Source of the DNA: Lutibacter sp.
GTDB taxonomy: Bacteria; Bacteroidota; Bacteroidia; Flavobacteriales; Flavobacteriaceae
DNA length: 64,000 bases
Strand: one strand, 5' to 3'
NCBI RefSeq assembly: GCF_021647265.1
Contig: NZ_JAKIVA010000004.1
Position 1 is the first letter of the stretch, and each line of letters opens with the position of its first letter. Shown here in pieces: positions 28,499 to 37,606 of the stretch. The notes below the pieces were generated by a model. It worked only from the letters and a program-made list of their open reading frames with translations, was not told the origin of the DNA and searched no databases. The translations under genes and the position numbers were made by a program.

Positions 28499-30472
28499 TT
28501 GATTTCCAGAGAAACCATAGATAGCGTTTTTGAAACTGCTCGTGTTGAGGAGGTAATTGGTGAATTTGTTCAGTTAAAAAAGGCGGGAAGTAATTTTAAA
28601 GGATTGAGCCCATTTTCTGACGAGCGAACTCCCTCGTTTATGGTTTCACCGGTAAAGCAAATTTGGAAAGATTTTAGTACAGGAAAAGGTGGGAACGCTA
28701 TCTCATTTTTAATGGAACACGAGCATTATTCATATCCAGAAGCTATCCGATATTTGGCGAAAAAATACAATATTGAAATTGAAGAAACTGAACAAACAGA
28801 CGCCCAAAAAGAGCAAGCAGATGAACGAGAAAGTATGTTTTTGGTTTCAGAATTTGCACGAGATTATTTTCATAAAATATTACTAGAAGACAATCAAGGT
28901 ATAGCCATTGGATTGAGTTATTTTAAAGAGCGAGGCTTTACTGATGAAACCATTCGAAAATTTCAATTAGGGTATTCTTTAAATGAATGGGAAGCCTTTA
29001 CTTCTGAAGCATTAAATAAAGGTTACAACCTTAAATATTTAGAATCAACCGGACTTACCATTGTTAAGCAAGACTTACTTTCTGATACTGGAACAAAACA
29101 ATTTGACCGATTCAAAGGTCGTGTCATGTTTCCAATTCACAGTATGAGTGGACGTGTTTTAGGGTTTGGAGGAAGAATATTGATAAGTGATAAAAAAGCA
29201 GCAAAATATTTAAATTCTCCAGATAGTGATATTTACCATAAAAGTAATATTTTATATGGAATCTACTATGCAAAACAAGCCATAGCAAAACAAGATAATT
29301 GTTATTTGGTTGAAGGCTATACAGATGTAATTTCGTTTCACCAATCTGGAATTGAGAATACAGTTGCGTCTTCAGGAACGGCACTTACAGAGAATCAAAT
29401 TAGATTGATTAACAGGCTCACAAAAAATGTAACAATCCTTTTTGATGGTGATGAAGCAGGTATTAGAGCCTCAATTCGAGGTATTGACCTCATATTGGAG
29501 CAAGGTATGAATGTTCGGGTGCTTATGTTTCCTGATGGTGATGACCCAGATAGTTTTGCTAAAAAAGTCTCAAAGGAAGAACTGAAAGAATATTTACAAA
29601 ACAATTCACAAGATTTTATCAATTTTAAGGTGTCTTTATTAATGAAAGATGCACAAAACGACCCTGTTAAAAAAGCAGGATTAATTCGTGATATTGTGAT
29701 AAGTATTTCTAAAATACCTGATAGGATTCAACGTGAAGTGTACATTCAAGAATGTTCCAGAATTATGGATATTTCTGAAAATGTTCTGTTTAGTGAATTG
29801 GCTCAACTTGATAAAAAAGAGAAGAGAGATACCACAAAAAGACCAATTCAATCTAACCCAACAGCACCTGTTTTACAAAAAACACCACAATTTGAACAAA
29901 TAGATGAACTTAAAAAATACGAACGAGAGATTATAAAAATTCTATTGTTATATGGTAATAATGAGGTTGAGTTTGAAAATTTTATTGCTGGTGAAGAAGT
30001 AGATGATAATGAAGTAACTCCTTTGAAAAAAGAATATTTTAAAAATGTAGTTTCTAATGAAATTTATTTGAATTTACAGGAAGATGAAGTTGAATTTACC
30101 GATGAAAATTTTAAACAAATTTATTATGAAATAATACATCAGTTAAACCAAAATAAATCAATTTTAGTTGATGCCTTTATAAATCATTCAAATACCGAAA
30201 TTGCAAATTTGGTAACCAATATTTTAATGGATGATGAAAAACACACTTTAAGTGATTGGGGAAGGAAAGAAATATCTGTTAAACAAGGTGAAGATGTTTT
30301 ATTAAAAGCTGTTTTAGATGTAATATTTAATTTGAGGAGGGTTCTTATAGGTAAAAAAATAGACTCATTTCAATTAGAAGCTAAAAATAATTCTATTGAA
30401 TTATTAGAAGAAGTTAATAATTACAATAAATTAAAAGTACTTATTTCAAATAGGTTAGGTCGAGTAATTTAA
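28499..30472 (+). CDS. dnaG: DNA primase
   Basis: 657 aa with a TTG start. Zinc-ribbon-homologous region, then the RNA polymerase core (FDRFKGRVMFPI, LNSPDS.IYHK) and TOPRIM (EGYTDV, LFDGDEAG). Confidence 0.9.
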   Translation: MISRETIDSVFETARVEEVIGEFVQLKKAGSNFKGLSPFSDERTPSFMVSPVKQIWKDFSTGKGGNAISFLMEHEHYSYPEAIRYLAKKYNIEIEETEQTDAQKEQADERESMFLVSEFARDYFHKILLEDNQGIAIGLSYFKERGFTDETIRKFQLGYSLNEWEAFTSEALNKGYNLKYLESTGLTIVKQDLLSDTGTKQFDRFKGRVMFPIHSMSGRVLGFGGRILISDKKAAKYLNSPDSDIYHKSNILYGIYYAKQAIAKQDNCYLVEGYTDVISFHQSGIENTVASSGTALTENQIRLINRLTKNVTILFDGDEAGIRASIRGIDLILEQGMNVRVLMFPDGDDPDSFAKKVSKEELKEYLQNNSQDFINFKVSLLMKDAQNDPVKKAGLIRDIVISISKIPDRIQREVYIQECSRIMDISENVLFSELAQLDKKEKRDTTKRPIQSNPTAPVLQKTPQFEQIDELKKYEREIIKILLLYGNNEVEFENFIAGEEVDDNEVTPLKKEYFKNVVSNEIYLNLQEDEVEFTDENFKQIYYEIIHQLNQNKSILVDAFINHSNTEIANLVTNILMDDEKHTLSDWGRKEISVKQGEDVLLKAVLDVIFNLRRVLIGKKIDSFQLEAKNNSIELLEEVNNYNKLKVLISNRLGRVI

Positions 30473-31266
30473 AATTTTAATTTACTAGGTATTTTACACA
30501 CAGGAATTGGTTCCATTTTATGTTTATTTGCTCTGTTTCTTTGCGTGTAAATTTTAAACACTTCGTGCTCTCTACCTTTAAAATCAGTAATCACTTTCCC
30601 AAGTTCAGTTTGTCTCATAGCCCATTCTAATTCATCATAACTAGCACCAATTTGGTCTTCATCTGTTTTATTATCTCCCCATAGTCCATCGGTAGGAGCA
30701 GCTTTAATAATTTCAGCATTTATACCTAAAAATTTTGCTATCTCATATACTTCAGATTTCATTAAATCGGCTATCGGACTTAAATCTACACCTCCATCAC
30801 CGTATTTTGTAAAAAAACCAACCCCAAAATCTTCAACCTTATTACCTGTTCCAGCTACTAAATAACCATGAAGAGCTGCAAAATAATACAATGAAGTCAT
30901 TCGAAGTCTTGCACGTGTGTTTGCTAACGACATTAATAATTGTTCTTCGTTTTTAACAGGAGGGAAAGAAGCAATTAAACTGTCAAACACTGGGGTTAAA
31001 TTTACTTGTTTTACCGTTACCTTTTTATAATTTTTTTGCAACCAGTTTATATGGTTGTAAGCTCTTGTTACCTGATTCTCGCCTTGGTGTATAGGCATTT
31101 CTACACATAAAACAGGAAATCCAGTTTTTGCACATAATGTTGAGGTTACAGCAGAATCAATTCCACCTGAAATACCAATTACAAAACCATTCATTTTTGC
31201 TTCAGTGGCATAATTTTTTAACCAAGAAACAATATGGTCAACAACTTTTAGAGTATTCATATACAA
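30469..31266 (-). CDS. nadE: Ammonia-dependent NAD+ synthetase
   Basis: 265 aa. GISGGIDSAV PP-loop, TGNK.E...G(F)FTKYGDGG.D. Confidence 0.92.
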   Translation of the reverse strand: MYMNTLKVVDHIVSWLKNYATEAKMNGFVIGISGGIDSAVTSTLCAKTGFPVLCVEMPIHQGENQVTRAYNHINWLQKNYKKVTVKQVNLTPVFDSLIASFPPVKNEEQLLMSLANTRARLRMTSLYYFAALHGYLVAGTGNKVEDFGVGFFTKYGDGGVDLSPIADLMKSEVYEIAKFLGINAEIIKAAPTDGLWGDNKTDEDQIGASYDELEWAMRQTELGKVITDFKGREHEVFKIYTQRNRANKHKMEPIPVCKIPSKLKF

Positions 31267-31320
31267 ACTTTTTTAGTAATTTTAGCGTTTTAAAAAACAC
31301 ACGTGTAAATATAGAAATTA

Positions 31321-32271
31321 ATGAAGAAATTATTAGTGTTAACAATTATTTTATTAGGTATCGTTTCTTGTAAAAAAGATACCATAAAAAAGGTTGACGT
31401 TTCAGATATTAAAGTAACGCTTTCAATAGATAGGTTTGAACAGAAATTTTATACCTCTAATGAAAAAACACTCCCAAATTTAAAAAAACAATATCCATAT
31501 TTATTTCCAGTTCAAAACGATAGTATTTGGTTGAATAAAATTAAAAATGAAGCTGAATTATTTCAAAAAACACAAAAAGTTTTTAAAAATACGGATACTA
31601 TAAAGAATGAAATAACAAATTTATTTAAGCACATAAAATACTATCATTCAAGTTTTAAGCCCCCTAAAATAATTACGTTGATAACAAATTTAGATTATGA
31701 AAATAACATAATTTACGCAGATAGTTTACTGTTTGTTTCTTTAGATATGTATTTAGGGAAAAACAGTAATGTGTATGATGATTTTCCGAAGTATTTATCA
31801 CAAAATTTTGATAAATCACAACTGGTTGTTGATATTGCAAAAGCCATAAGTGAACGGTATTTTATTCCAGAGAGAAGCCGTCAATTTTTAAATTTAATGA
31901 TTAATGAAGGAAAAAAAATGTATTTATTAGACCGTTACTTACCAACTTTTTCTGATGCACAAAAAATTGGATATACAAAAAATCAACTAGATTGGGCTGT
32001 AGCAAATGAATCTCAATTGTGGAAATATTTTATTGAAAATAAATTATTGTACAGTACAGATCCTAAATTATTTACACGTTTTATAGCGAACGCTCCTTTT
32101 TCAAAATTTTATATAGATATTGATAAAGAATCTCCAGGTAGAATTGGCGTTTGGTTAGGTAGGCAAATTGTACGTTCGTATATGAACAATAATAATGTAA
32201 CTTTGCAACAACTTTTGCAAACAAATGCTGAAGAAATATTTAAAAAATCAAAATATAAACCAAAAAAATAA
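31321..32271 (+). CDS. gldB: Gliding motility lipoprotein GldB
   Basis: 316 aa with a lipoprotein signal (LLGIVSCKK). It is divergent from nadE and immediately followed by gldC, the arrangement I recall for Flavobacterium johnsoniae. Confidence 0.8.
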   Translation: MKKLLVLTIILLGIVSCKKDTIKKVDVSDIKVTLSIDRFEQKFYTSNEKTLPNLKKQYPYLFPVQNDSIWLNKIKNEAELFQKTQKVFKNTDTIKNEITNLFKHIKYYHSSFKPPKIITLITNLDYENNIIYADSLLFVSLDMYLGKNSNVYDDFPKYLSQNFDKSQLVVDIAKAISERYFIPERSRQFLNLMINEGKKMYLLDRYLPTFSDAQKIGYTKNQLDWAVANESQLWKYFIENKLLYSTDPKLFTRFIANAPFSKFYIDIDKESPGRIGVWLGRQIVRSYMNNNNVTLQQLLQTNAEEIFKKSKYKPKK

Positions 32272-32609
32272 TGGCTGTAGCACATACATCAAAAATAGAG
32301 TTTAGAGTAGGATTAGATGAAAACAAGATTCCTGAAAAAATACACTGGTCTGCACAAGATAATAATATTAAAGACGAAGAAGCTAAAGCAATACTGATTT
32401 CTGTTTGGAATCCAGAATTGAAAGAAACACTTAAAATGGATTTGTGGACTAAAGATATGCCTTTAGATGAGATGAGACATTTTTTTTATCAAACATTGGT
32501 GTCTATGGCAAATACATTTGAACGTGCAACCAATGATGAAAAAATGAGTGCAACTATGCGTGATTTTTGTGATTTTTTTGCAGAGAAACTTGAGCTAAAG
32601 AAGAAGTAG
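32271..32609 (+). CDS. gldC: Gliding motility protein GldC
   Basis: 112 aa. LDENKIPEKIHWSAQD...DLWTKDMPLDEM..FFYQTLVSMANTFERAT.DEKM.ATMRDFCDFFAEKLELK closely matches my recollection of GldC. It has a 1-nt TAATG overlap with gldB. Confidence 0.82.
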   Translation: MAVAHTSKIEFRVGLDENKIPEKIHWSAQDNNIKDEEAKAILISVWNPELKETLKMDLWTKDMPLDEMRHFFYQTLVSMANTFERATNDEKMSATMRDFCDFFAEKLELKKK

Positions 32610-32631
32610 TTTAGATAAGGTTATAGAGTTC

Positions 32632-33756
32632 TTAAGCGTTTTTTATAAGTTCAATAATTTCTTTATAATCTTCTTTGTTACGTACAAAATCTTTCTTAGA
32701 AACATCAATAATTAGCGTATTTAAGTTTTCTTCAGTTTTTATAAAAGTTGAATAGCCATTGTGAATTTTATCTAAATATTCTGGAGCAATATTTTGTTCA
32801 TAATCTCTTCCTCGCTTTTTTATATTTTCAATTAAACGAGGCGTTTCTTGATATAAATAAATATATAAATCAGGTTTTGAAATTTCTTTATACATAATGT
32901 CAAACATTCTTCGATATAAAAAATATTCATCTTTTGGCAACGTTACTTGTGCAAAAATTAAAGATTTAAAAATGTAATAATCAGATACAATAAAGTTTTT
33001 AAATAAATCAAACTGAGCTAAATCATCAGAAAGCTGCCTGTATCTATCAGCTAAAAAGCTCATTTCTAACGGGAAAGCATATCGCTCTTTGTCTTCATAA
33101 AATTTAGGCAAAAAAGGATTGTCGGCAAAGCGCTCTAAAATTATTTTAGCATTAAAATCCTCAGCAATCAAATTGGTAAGCGTTGTTTTTCCAGCGCCAA
33201 TATTTCCTTCTATAGCTATGTAATTATACTTTTCAGAAAGAGAGATAGGGCGTTTTAACTTCAAGTAAGTATTTTCAATTTTACTATTATCCGTACAATT
33301 ATTTAAACAAGTTTGAACACGTTTTTTTTCAATAGGATGTATTAAGTTAGGAGCAATTTCAGCTAAGGGAACCATTACAAACTTACGTTGTAACATACTT
33401 TTATGAGGGACTATTAATTCTTTTGAAAAAATAATTTCATCATCAAAAAGTAAGATGTCAATGTCAATAGTTCGTGCCTTATACTCGGTAGATACATCCT
33501 GTATTCTACCTAGAGAAAACTCAATTTCATGAATTGATTTTAGTAAATCTTCTGGATTTAAACTTGTAGATACTTGTATGCAGATATTATAAAAATCAGC
33601 ACTTTTAAATCCCCATGATTCCGTTTTGTAAACAGTTGAAATTTTAGCAATTGAACCAATGTTCTTAGCTATCAAATCTACTGCTTGTTGTAAAATTTCA
33701 AGTTTGTTTCCAAGGTTACTTCCTAAGGATAAATATGTGGTACGTACAATTTGCAT
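32632..33756 (-). CDS. folK: Fusion protein: HPPK (FolK) N-terminal domain plus a deoxynucleoside-kinase-like C-terminal domain
   Basis: 374 aa. N-terminus: YLSLGSNLGN...ESWGF....FYN....RTIDIDILLFDD...L.VPH is the HPPK pattern. C-terminus: IAIEGNIGAGKTTL (P-loop), LERFADNPFLPKFY and KKRGRDYEQNI (lid) form the dNK pattern. Confidence 0.82.
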   Translation of the reverse strand: MQIVRTTYLSLGSNLGNKLEILQQAVDLIAKNIGSIAKISTVYKTESWGFKSADFYNICIQVSTSLNPEDLLKSIHEIEFSLGRIQDVSTEYKARTIDIDILLFDDEIIFSKELIVPHKSMLQRKFVMVPLAEIAPNLIHPIEKKRVQTCLNNCTDNSKIENTYLKLKRPISLSEKYNYIAIEGNIGAGKTTLTNLIAEDFNAKIILERFADNPFLPKFYEDKERYAFPLEMSFLADRYRQLSDDLAQFDLFKNFIVSDYYIFKSLIFAQVTLPKDEYFLYRRMFDIMYKEISKPDLYIYLYQETPRLIENIKKRGRDYEQNIAPEYLDKIHNGYSTFIKTEENLNTLIIDVSKKDFVRNKEDYKEIIELIKNA

Positions 33757-33796
33757 AAAGTGAATACAAAGAAAAGAAAAGTATCATTTAAAAACA

Positions 33797-33804
33797 TATC
33801 TTTG
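33797..33804 (+). promoter_or_regulatory. TAnnTTTG -7 box upstream of sppA
   Basis: tatctttg, 55 nt upstream of the ATG at 33859. Motif match only. Confidence 0.3.
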
Positions 33805-33858
33805 TCACTCAACTTATAAACATTTATATGTTTTTTCATTTTTAAATTTAATATTTCT

Positions 33859-35613
33859 ATGAATTTTTTAAGAAACTTGGCAGCATCAATTATCGGAACC
33901 TTAATTGCTTTAGGCTTAATTATGATGTTATTTTTAGTAATAGCTGCAACTTTTGGAGAAACTAAAAAAGTAACTTTAAAAAGTAATTCGGTTTTAGAGT
34001 TGAAACTTGAAAATATAGTGAAAGATTACGCTCCAAAAAGTGATGATCCTTTAGATGAATTTTTGGGTTTGAATGATAAAAAAATAGGGCTAAATGCAAT
34101 TGTAAATGCAATTGAGAATGCTAAAACAGATGCTAAAATAAAGGGAATAAGCATTTCAACTTTAGGAGTGAATGCAGGTATTGCTCAAACCCAGGCTGTT
34201 AGAGATAAGCTTTTAGAGTTTAAGGAGTCTGGAAAATTTATATATGCTTATGCAGATTTTTATGATCAGAAATCGTATTATTTGAGTTCTGTTGCAGATT
34301 CTGTTTTTGTAAATCCAGTAGGGGGAATTGATTTTAAAGGATTGTCTTCAGAAGTGCTATTTTATAAAGATTTGCAAGAAAAAACAGGGGTTAAAATGGA
34401 AGTAATACGCCATGGAAAATATAAAGGAGCCGTTGAACCTTTTTTATATAACGAGATGAGTGACAATAATAGAGAACAAATTACCTCTTTTCTTAAATCT
34501 ATTTGGAATGAAATGTTGGTAGACATTTCTAATGATAGAAATAAAACAATTAATGAATTGAATAATATTGCAGATAATTTATTGGCACGAACACCCAAAT
34601 TAGCCATTGAAAATAATATTATTGATGCCGCTATTTACGAAGATGAATATGTTGATAAATTAAAAAAGGCTTCTGAAATTTCAACAGACAACAATTTAAA
34701 TAAAATTTCTATTTCCGATTATATTTCAAAAGGAAAAGGTAGAATTTTATCTACAGCACCTAATAAAATAGCTGTTATTTATGCACAAGGCGAAATTATT
34801 TACGGTAAAGGAGACGAAGACTATATTGGGCAAGATTTAATTATTAAGGCATTAAAAAAAGCAAGAAAAGATAAAAATGTAAAGGCAATTGTATTGAGAG
34901 TTAACTCTCCAGGTGGGAGCGCTTTGGCTTCAGAGTTAATTTGGAGAGAATTAGAATTGTCAAAAGAAAAATTACCTATTGTTGTATCTATGGGAAATTT
35001 GGCCGCATCGGGAGGGTACTATATATCTTGTAATGCCGATAGGATTTTTGCTGAACCTACGACAATTACAGGTTCAATAGGTGTTTTTGGAATTCTTCCA
35101 AATTTTAGTAAACTGGCAAAAAATATTGGAATTAATGCGGAGCAAGTAAGCACCAATACAGGAGCAAATTACAGTGTTTTTGAACCTATGACCAATGAGT
35201 TTAGATTGGTGACAGCAGAAGGCGTAGAGAATATTTACAATATATTTTTAGAAAGAGTTGCTAAAGGAAGAAATATGAGTATTCAGGCTGTTGATAGTAT
35301 TGCTCAAGGTAGGGTTTGGTCAGGAACTGAAGCCTTAAGCAAAGGATTGGTTGATGAACTGGGTAATTTGAATGATGCTATTTTATACGCTGCTGAGTTA
35401 GCTGAAATAACCGATTATAAAACACGTAACTACCCAAGTTATAAAGTTAATTTAGAAGATAAATTGAGTAGCCTTCCTTTTATGAAATCAACAGAAAAAG
35501 TATTGACAAAAGAATTGGGAGTAGCAAACTATAAAATATATCAAACAGTGAAACAATTTACAAAGCTAAAAGGTATTCAAACCAGAATGCCGTTTATTAT
35601 AACAATCAATTAA
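33859..35613 (+). CDS. sppA: Signal peptide peptidase SppA, 67K type
   Basis: 584 aa with an N-terminal TM segment and two S49 peptidase halves (INSPGGSALASE..., GNLAASGGYY). Confidence 0.9.
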   Translation: MNFLRNLAASIIGTLIALGLIMMLFLVIAATFGETKKVTLKSNSVLELKLENIVKDYAPKSDDPLDEFLGLNDKKIGLNAIVNAIENAKTDAKIKGISISTLGVNAGIAQTQAVRDKLLEFKESGKFIYAYADFYDQKSYYLSSVADSVFVNPVGGIDFKGLSSEVLFYKDLQEKTGVKMEVIRHGKYKGAVEPFLYNEMSDNNREQITSFLKSIWNEMLVDISNDRNKTINELNNIADNLLARTPKLAIENNIIDAAIYEDEYVDKLKKASEISTDNNLNKISISDYISKGKGRILSTAPNKIAVIYAQGEIIYGKGDEDYIGQDLIIKALKKARKDKNVKAIVLRVNSPGGSALASELIWRELELSKEKLPIVVSMGNLAASGGYYISCNADRIFAEPTTITGSIGVFGILPNFSKLAKNIGINAEQVSTNTGANYSVFEPMTNEFRLVTAEGVENIYNIFLERVAKGRNMSIQAVDSIAQGRVWSGTEALSKGLVDELGNLNDAILYAAELAEITDYKTRNYPSYKVNLEDKLSSLPFMKSTEKVLTKELGVANYKIYQTVKQFTKLKGIQTRMPFIITIN

Positions 35614-36092
35614 ATTCGTTCAAAAGTTACAAAGCTATAATCGTATTTGTTTTTTTCATCTGCATCAAAATGTTCTCTTCTAGTTTCTTTCCATACCGAT
35701 TTATCTATTTCTGGAAAAAAAACATCTGCTTCAAATTTGTGATGCACAAAGGTTATATCAAGTTTATCAGCAATTTCAATAGCTTGTTTGTAAATTTCGG
35801 CACCACCTAAAATAAAAGGGTTTTCATCATTTTTTACAGCTTTAAGAGCTTGTTGCAAAGAATTTACCACGATACAATTTTCTGCACTAAAATTAGTGTT
35901 GTGTGTAACAATTATATTGGTTCTATTTGGAAGTGGCTTACCTAAAGATTCAAAAGTTTTTCTCCCCATAATTACATGATGATTGGCAGTTACTTTTTTA
36001 AACCTTTTTAAATCGGCAGGTAAATGCCATATTAATTTATTGTCTTTCCCTAAAGCGTTATTTTCAGCTACTGCAGCAATAATAGTTATCAT
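35610..36092 (-). CDS. folA: Dihydrofolate reductase
   Basis: 160 aa. IAAVAENNALGKDNKLIWHLPADLKRFK..T....IMGRKTFES and GGAEIY. Confidence 0.92.
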   Translation of the reverse strand: MITIIAAVAENNALGKDNKLIWHLPADLKRFKKVTANHHVIMGRKTFESLGKPLPNRTNIIVTHNTNFSAENCIVVNSLQQALKAVKNDENPFILGGAEIYKQAIEIADKLDITFVHHKFEADVFFPEIDKSVWKETRREHFDADEKNKYDYSFVTFERI

Positions 36093-36165
36093 TCTTTTGT
36101 TGAGTTGTTGTTGGGATGTTCTTTTATTTTAATTCAGGAGTATTTGGCGAGTCTTTTATTTTATC

Positions 36166-36495
36166 TTACATTTTTAAAGTTACCTTTTTTTCTAGTTGGG
36201 CAATTTTTTCTTCCTGTTTTAAAACAAGTTTATCTAGTTGCTTACGTTCCCATTTTTTACCCATAAAACGATGTGTAATAAAAACGTTTATAAAATGGAT
36301 AATTAAGAAAAATAACCATAAAAAAATGGCCCAAACAAACCAATTTTCGAAAAGGGTTTCACCAATTTTTAAAACTTTGTTTAGGACAATAAAAAACACA
36401 GATCCAATTAAAAAAAATACAAAATGAAAATACAATCGCTTTTTTTGTTTGATGCGATTTCGAGCATTTTCATATACTTCGTATTTGTCATCCAT
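36166..36495 (-). CDS. 2TM-domain membrane protein
   Basis: 109 aa with two adjacent hydrophobic helices (LYFHFVFFLIGSVFFIVLN / WAIFLWLFFLIIHFINVFI), flanked by a basic N-terminus and a coiled C-terminus. Confidence 0.6.
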   Translation of the reverse strand: MDDKYEVYENARNRIKQKKRLYFHFVFFLIGSVFFIVLNKVLKIGETLFENWFVWAIFLWLFFLIIHFINVFITHRFMGKKWERKQLDKLVLKQEEKIAQLEKKVTLKM

Positions 36496-36506
36496 AGAAA
36501 TTGAAT

Positions 36507-36719
36507 TTACATACTTTTAACCCACTCTTTTATATAATCAGTAAAATCTTCCGTTTCACTTAAATTTTCTTCGTGTACTTTTTCATTAATGAATGAGATA
36601 AATTTTGAAATATTTTTATCAGAAGTATTGAAAATTAATTCAATAGATTTCAAGAGGTTCACATCGTCAATTTCAATGATTCGTTGAATTATTTTATTTT
36701 TTAATTGTAGAGAGTCCAT
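36507..36719 (-). CDS. Small acidic helical protein (hypothetical)
   Basis: 70 aa. MDSLQLKNKIIQRIIEIDDVNLLKSIELIF... resembles N-termini of small 'addiction-module component'-like proteins of Bacteroidota (recollection only). It is 11 nt upstream of the 2TM gene. Confidence 0.4.
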   Translation of the reverse strand: MDSLQLKNKIIQRIIEIDDVNLLKSIELIFNTSDKNISKFISFINEKVHEENLSETEDFTDYIKEWVKSM

Positions 36720-36744
36720 TTTTCTAGTTATAACTTTTTTTAAT

Positions 36745-37569
36745 TTATACAGATACGGTTCCTTTAATATGAGGATAGGGATTGTAATTAACTAAATTAA
36801 AATCCTCAAAAGAAAAGTCAAAGATATTATTAATTTTTGGGTTAATTTCCATTTTAGGTAAATCTCTTGGTTCACGAGATAACTGTAAATCTATTTGTTC
36901 TTTATGATTGCTATAAATATGTGCATCTCCAAATGTATGTATAAAATCACCTGGTTTTAAGTTACAAACTTGTGCTACCATAAGTGTAAATAATGCATAA
37001 GAAGCAATATTAAAAGGAACTCCTAAAAAAATATCGGCGCTGCGTTGATATAATTGACAAGATAATTTCCCTTCTGTAACATAAAATTGAAAGAAAGCGT
37101 GGCACGGAGGCAAAGCGGCTTTATTGTTTGCAACATTTTCAGCAAAAGAAACAGAAGTGTCTGGTAAAACACTTGGATTCCAAGCTGAAATTAACATTCT
37201 TCGACTATTAGGATTGGTTTTAATAGTTTCAATTACTTCTGTAATTTGATCTATTCCTTCACTATTCCAGTTACGCCATTGATGTCCGTAAACAGGGCCT
37301 AAATCTCCATTTTCATCAGCCCAAGCATCCCAAATTTTTACACCATTTTCATTTAGATATTTTATATTAGTATCGCCTTTTAGAAACCACAATAATTCAT
37401 AAATAATAGATTTTAAATGTAATTTTTTAGTTGTCAGCATTGGAAATCCTTTACCTAAATCAAAACGCATTTGGTATCCAAAAATACTTTTTGTTCCAGT
37501 TCCAGTTCTATCTTCTTTAACAATACCGTTATCTCTAACGTGTTTTATTAAATCTAAATATTGTTTCAT
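36745..37569 (-). CDS. thyA: Thymidylate synthase
   Basis: 274 aa. [22 protein letters not shown] (catalytic Cys) and DAHIY.NH. Confidence 0.95.
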   Translation of the reverse strand: MKQYLDLIKHVRDNGIVKEDRTGTGTKSIFGYQMRFDLGKGFPMLTTKKLHLKSIIYELLWFLKGDTNIKYLNENGVKIWDAWADENGDLGPVYGHQWRNWNSEGIDQITEVIETIKTNPNSRRMLISAWNPSVLPDTSVSFAENVANNKAALPPCHAFFQFYVTEGKLSCQLYQRSADIFLGVPFNIASYALFTLMVAQVCNLKPGDFIHTFGDAHIYSNHKEQIDLQLSREPRDLPKMEINPKINNIFDFSFEDFNLVNYNPYPHIKGTVSV

Positions 37570-37606
37570 ATTAAATTAACTTGTTAAAACGGAATTTATT
37601 TTACAC

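Noticed and set aside
35610-35613. Convergent sppA and folA share a TTAA in which both stop codons overlap
   Set aside because: It is real in the sequence, but it is a trivial consequence of compact packing. No functional inference is justified.
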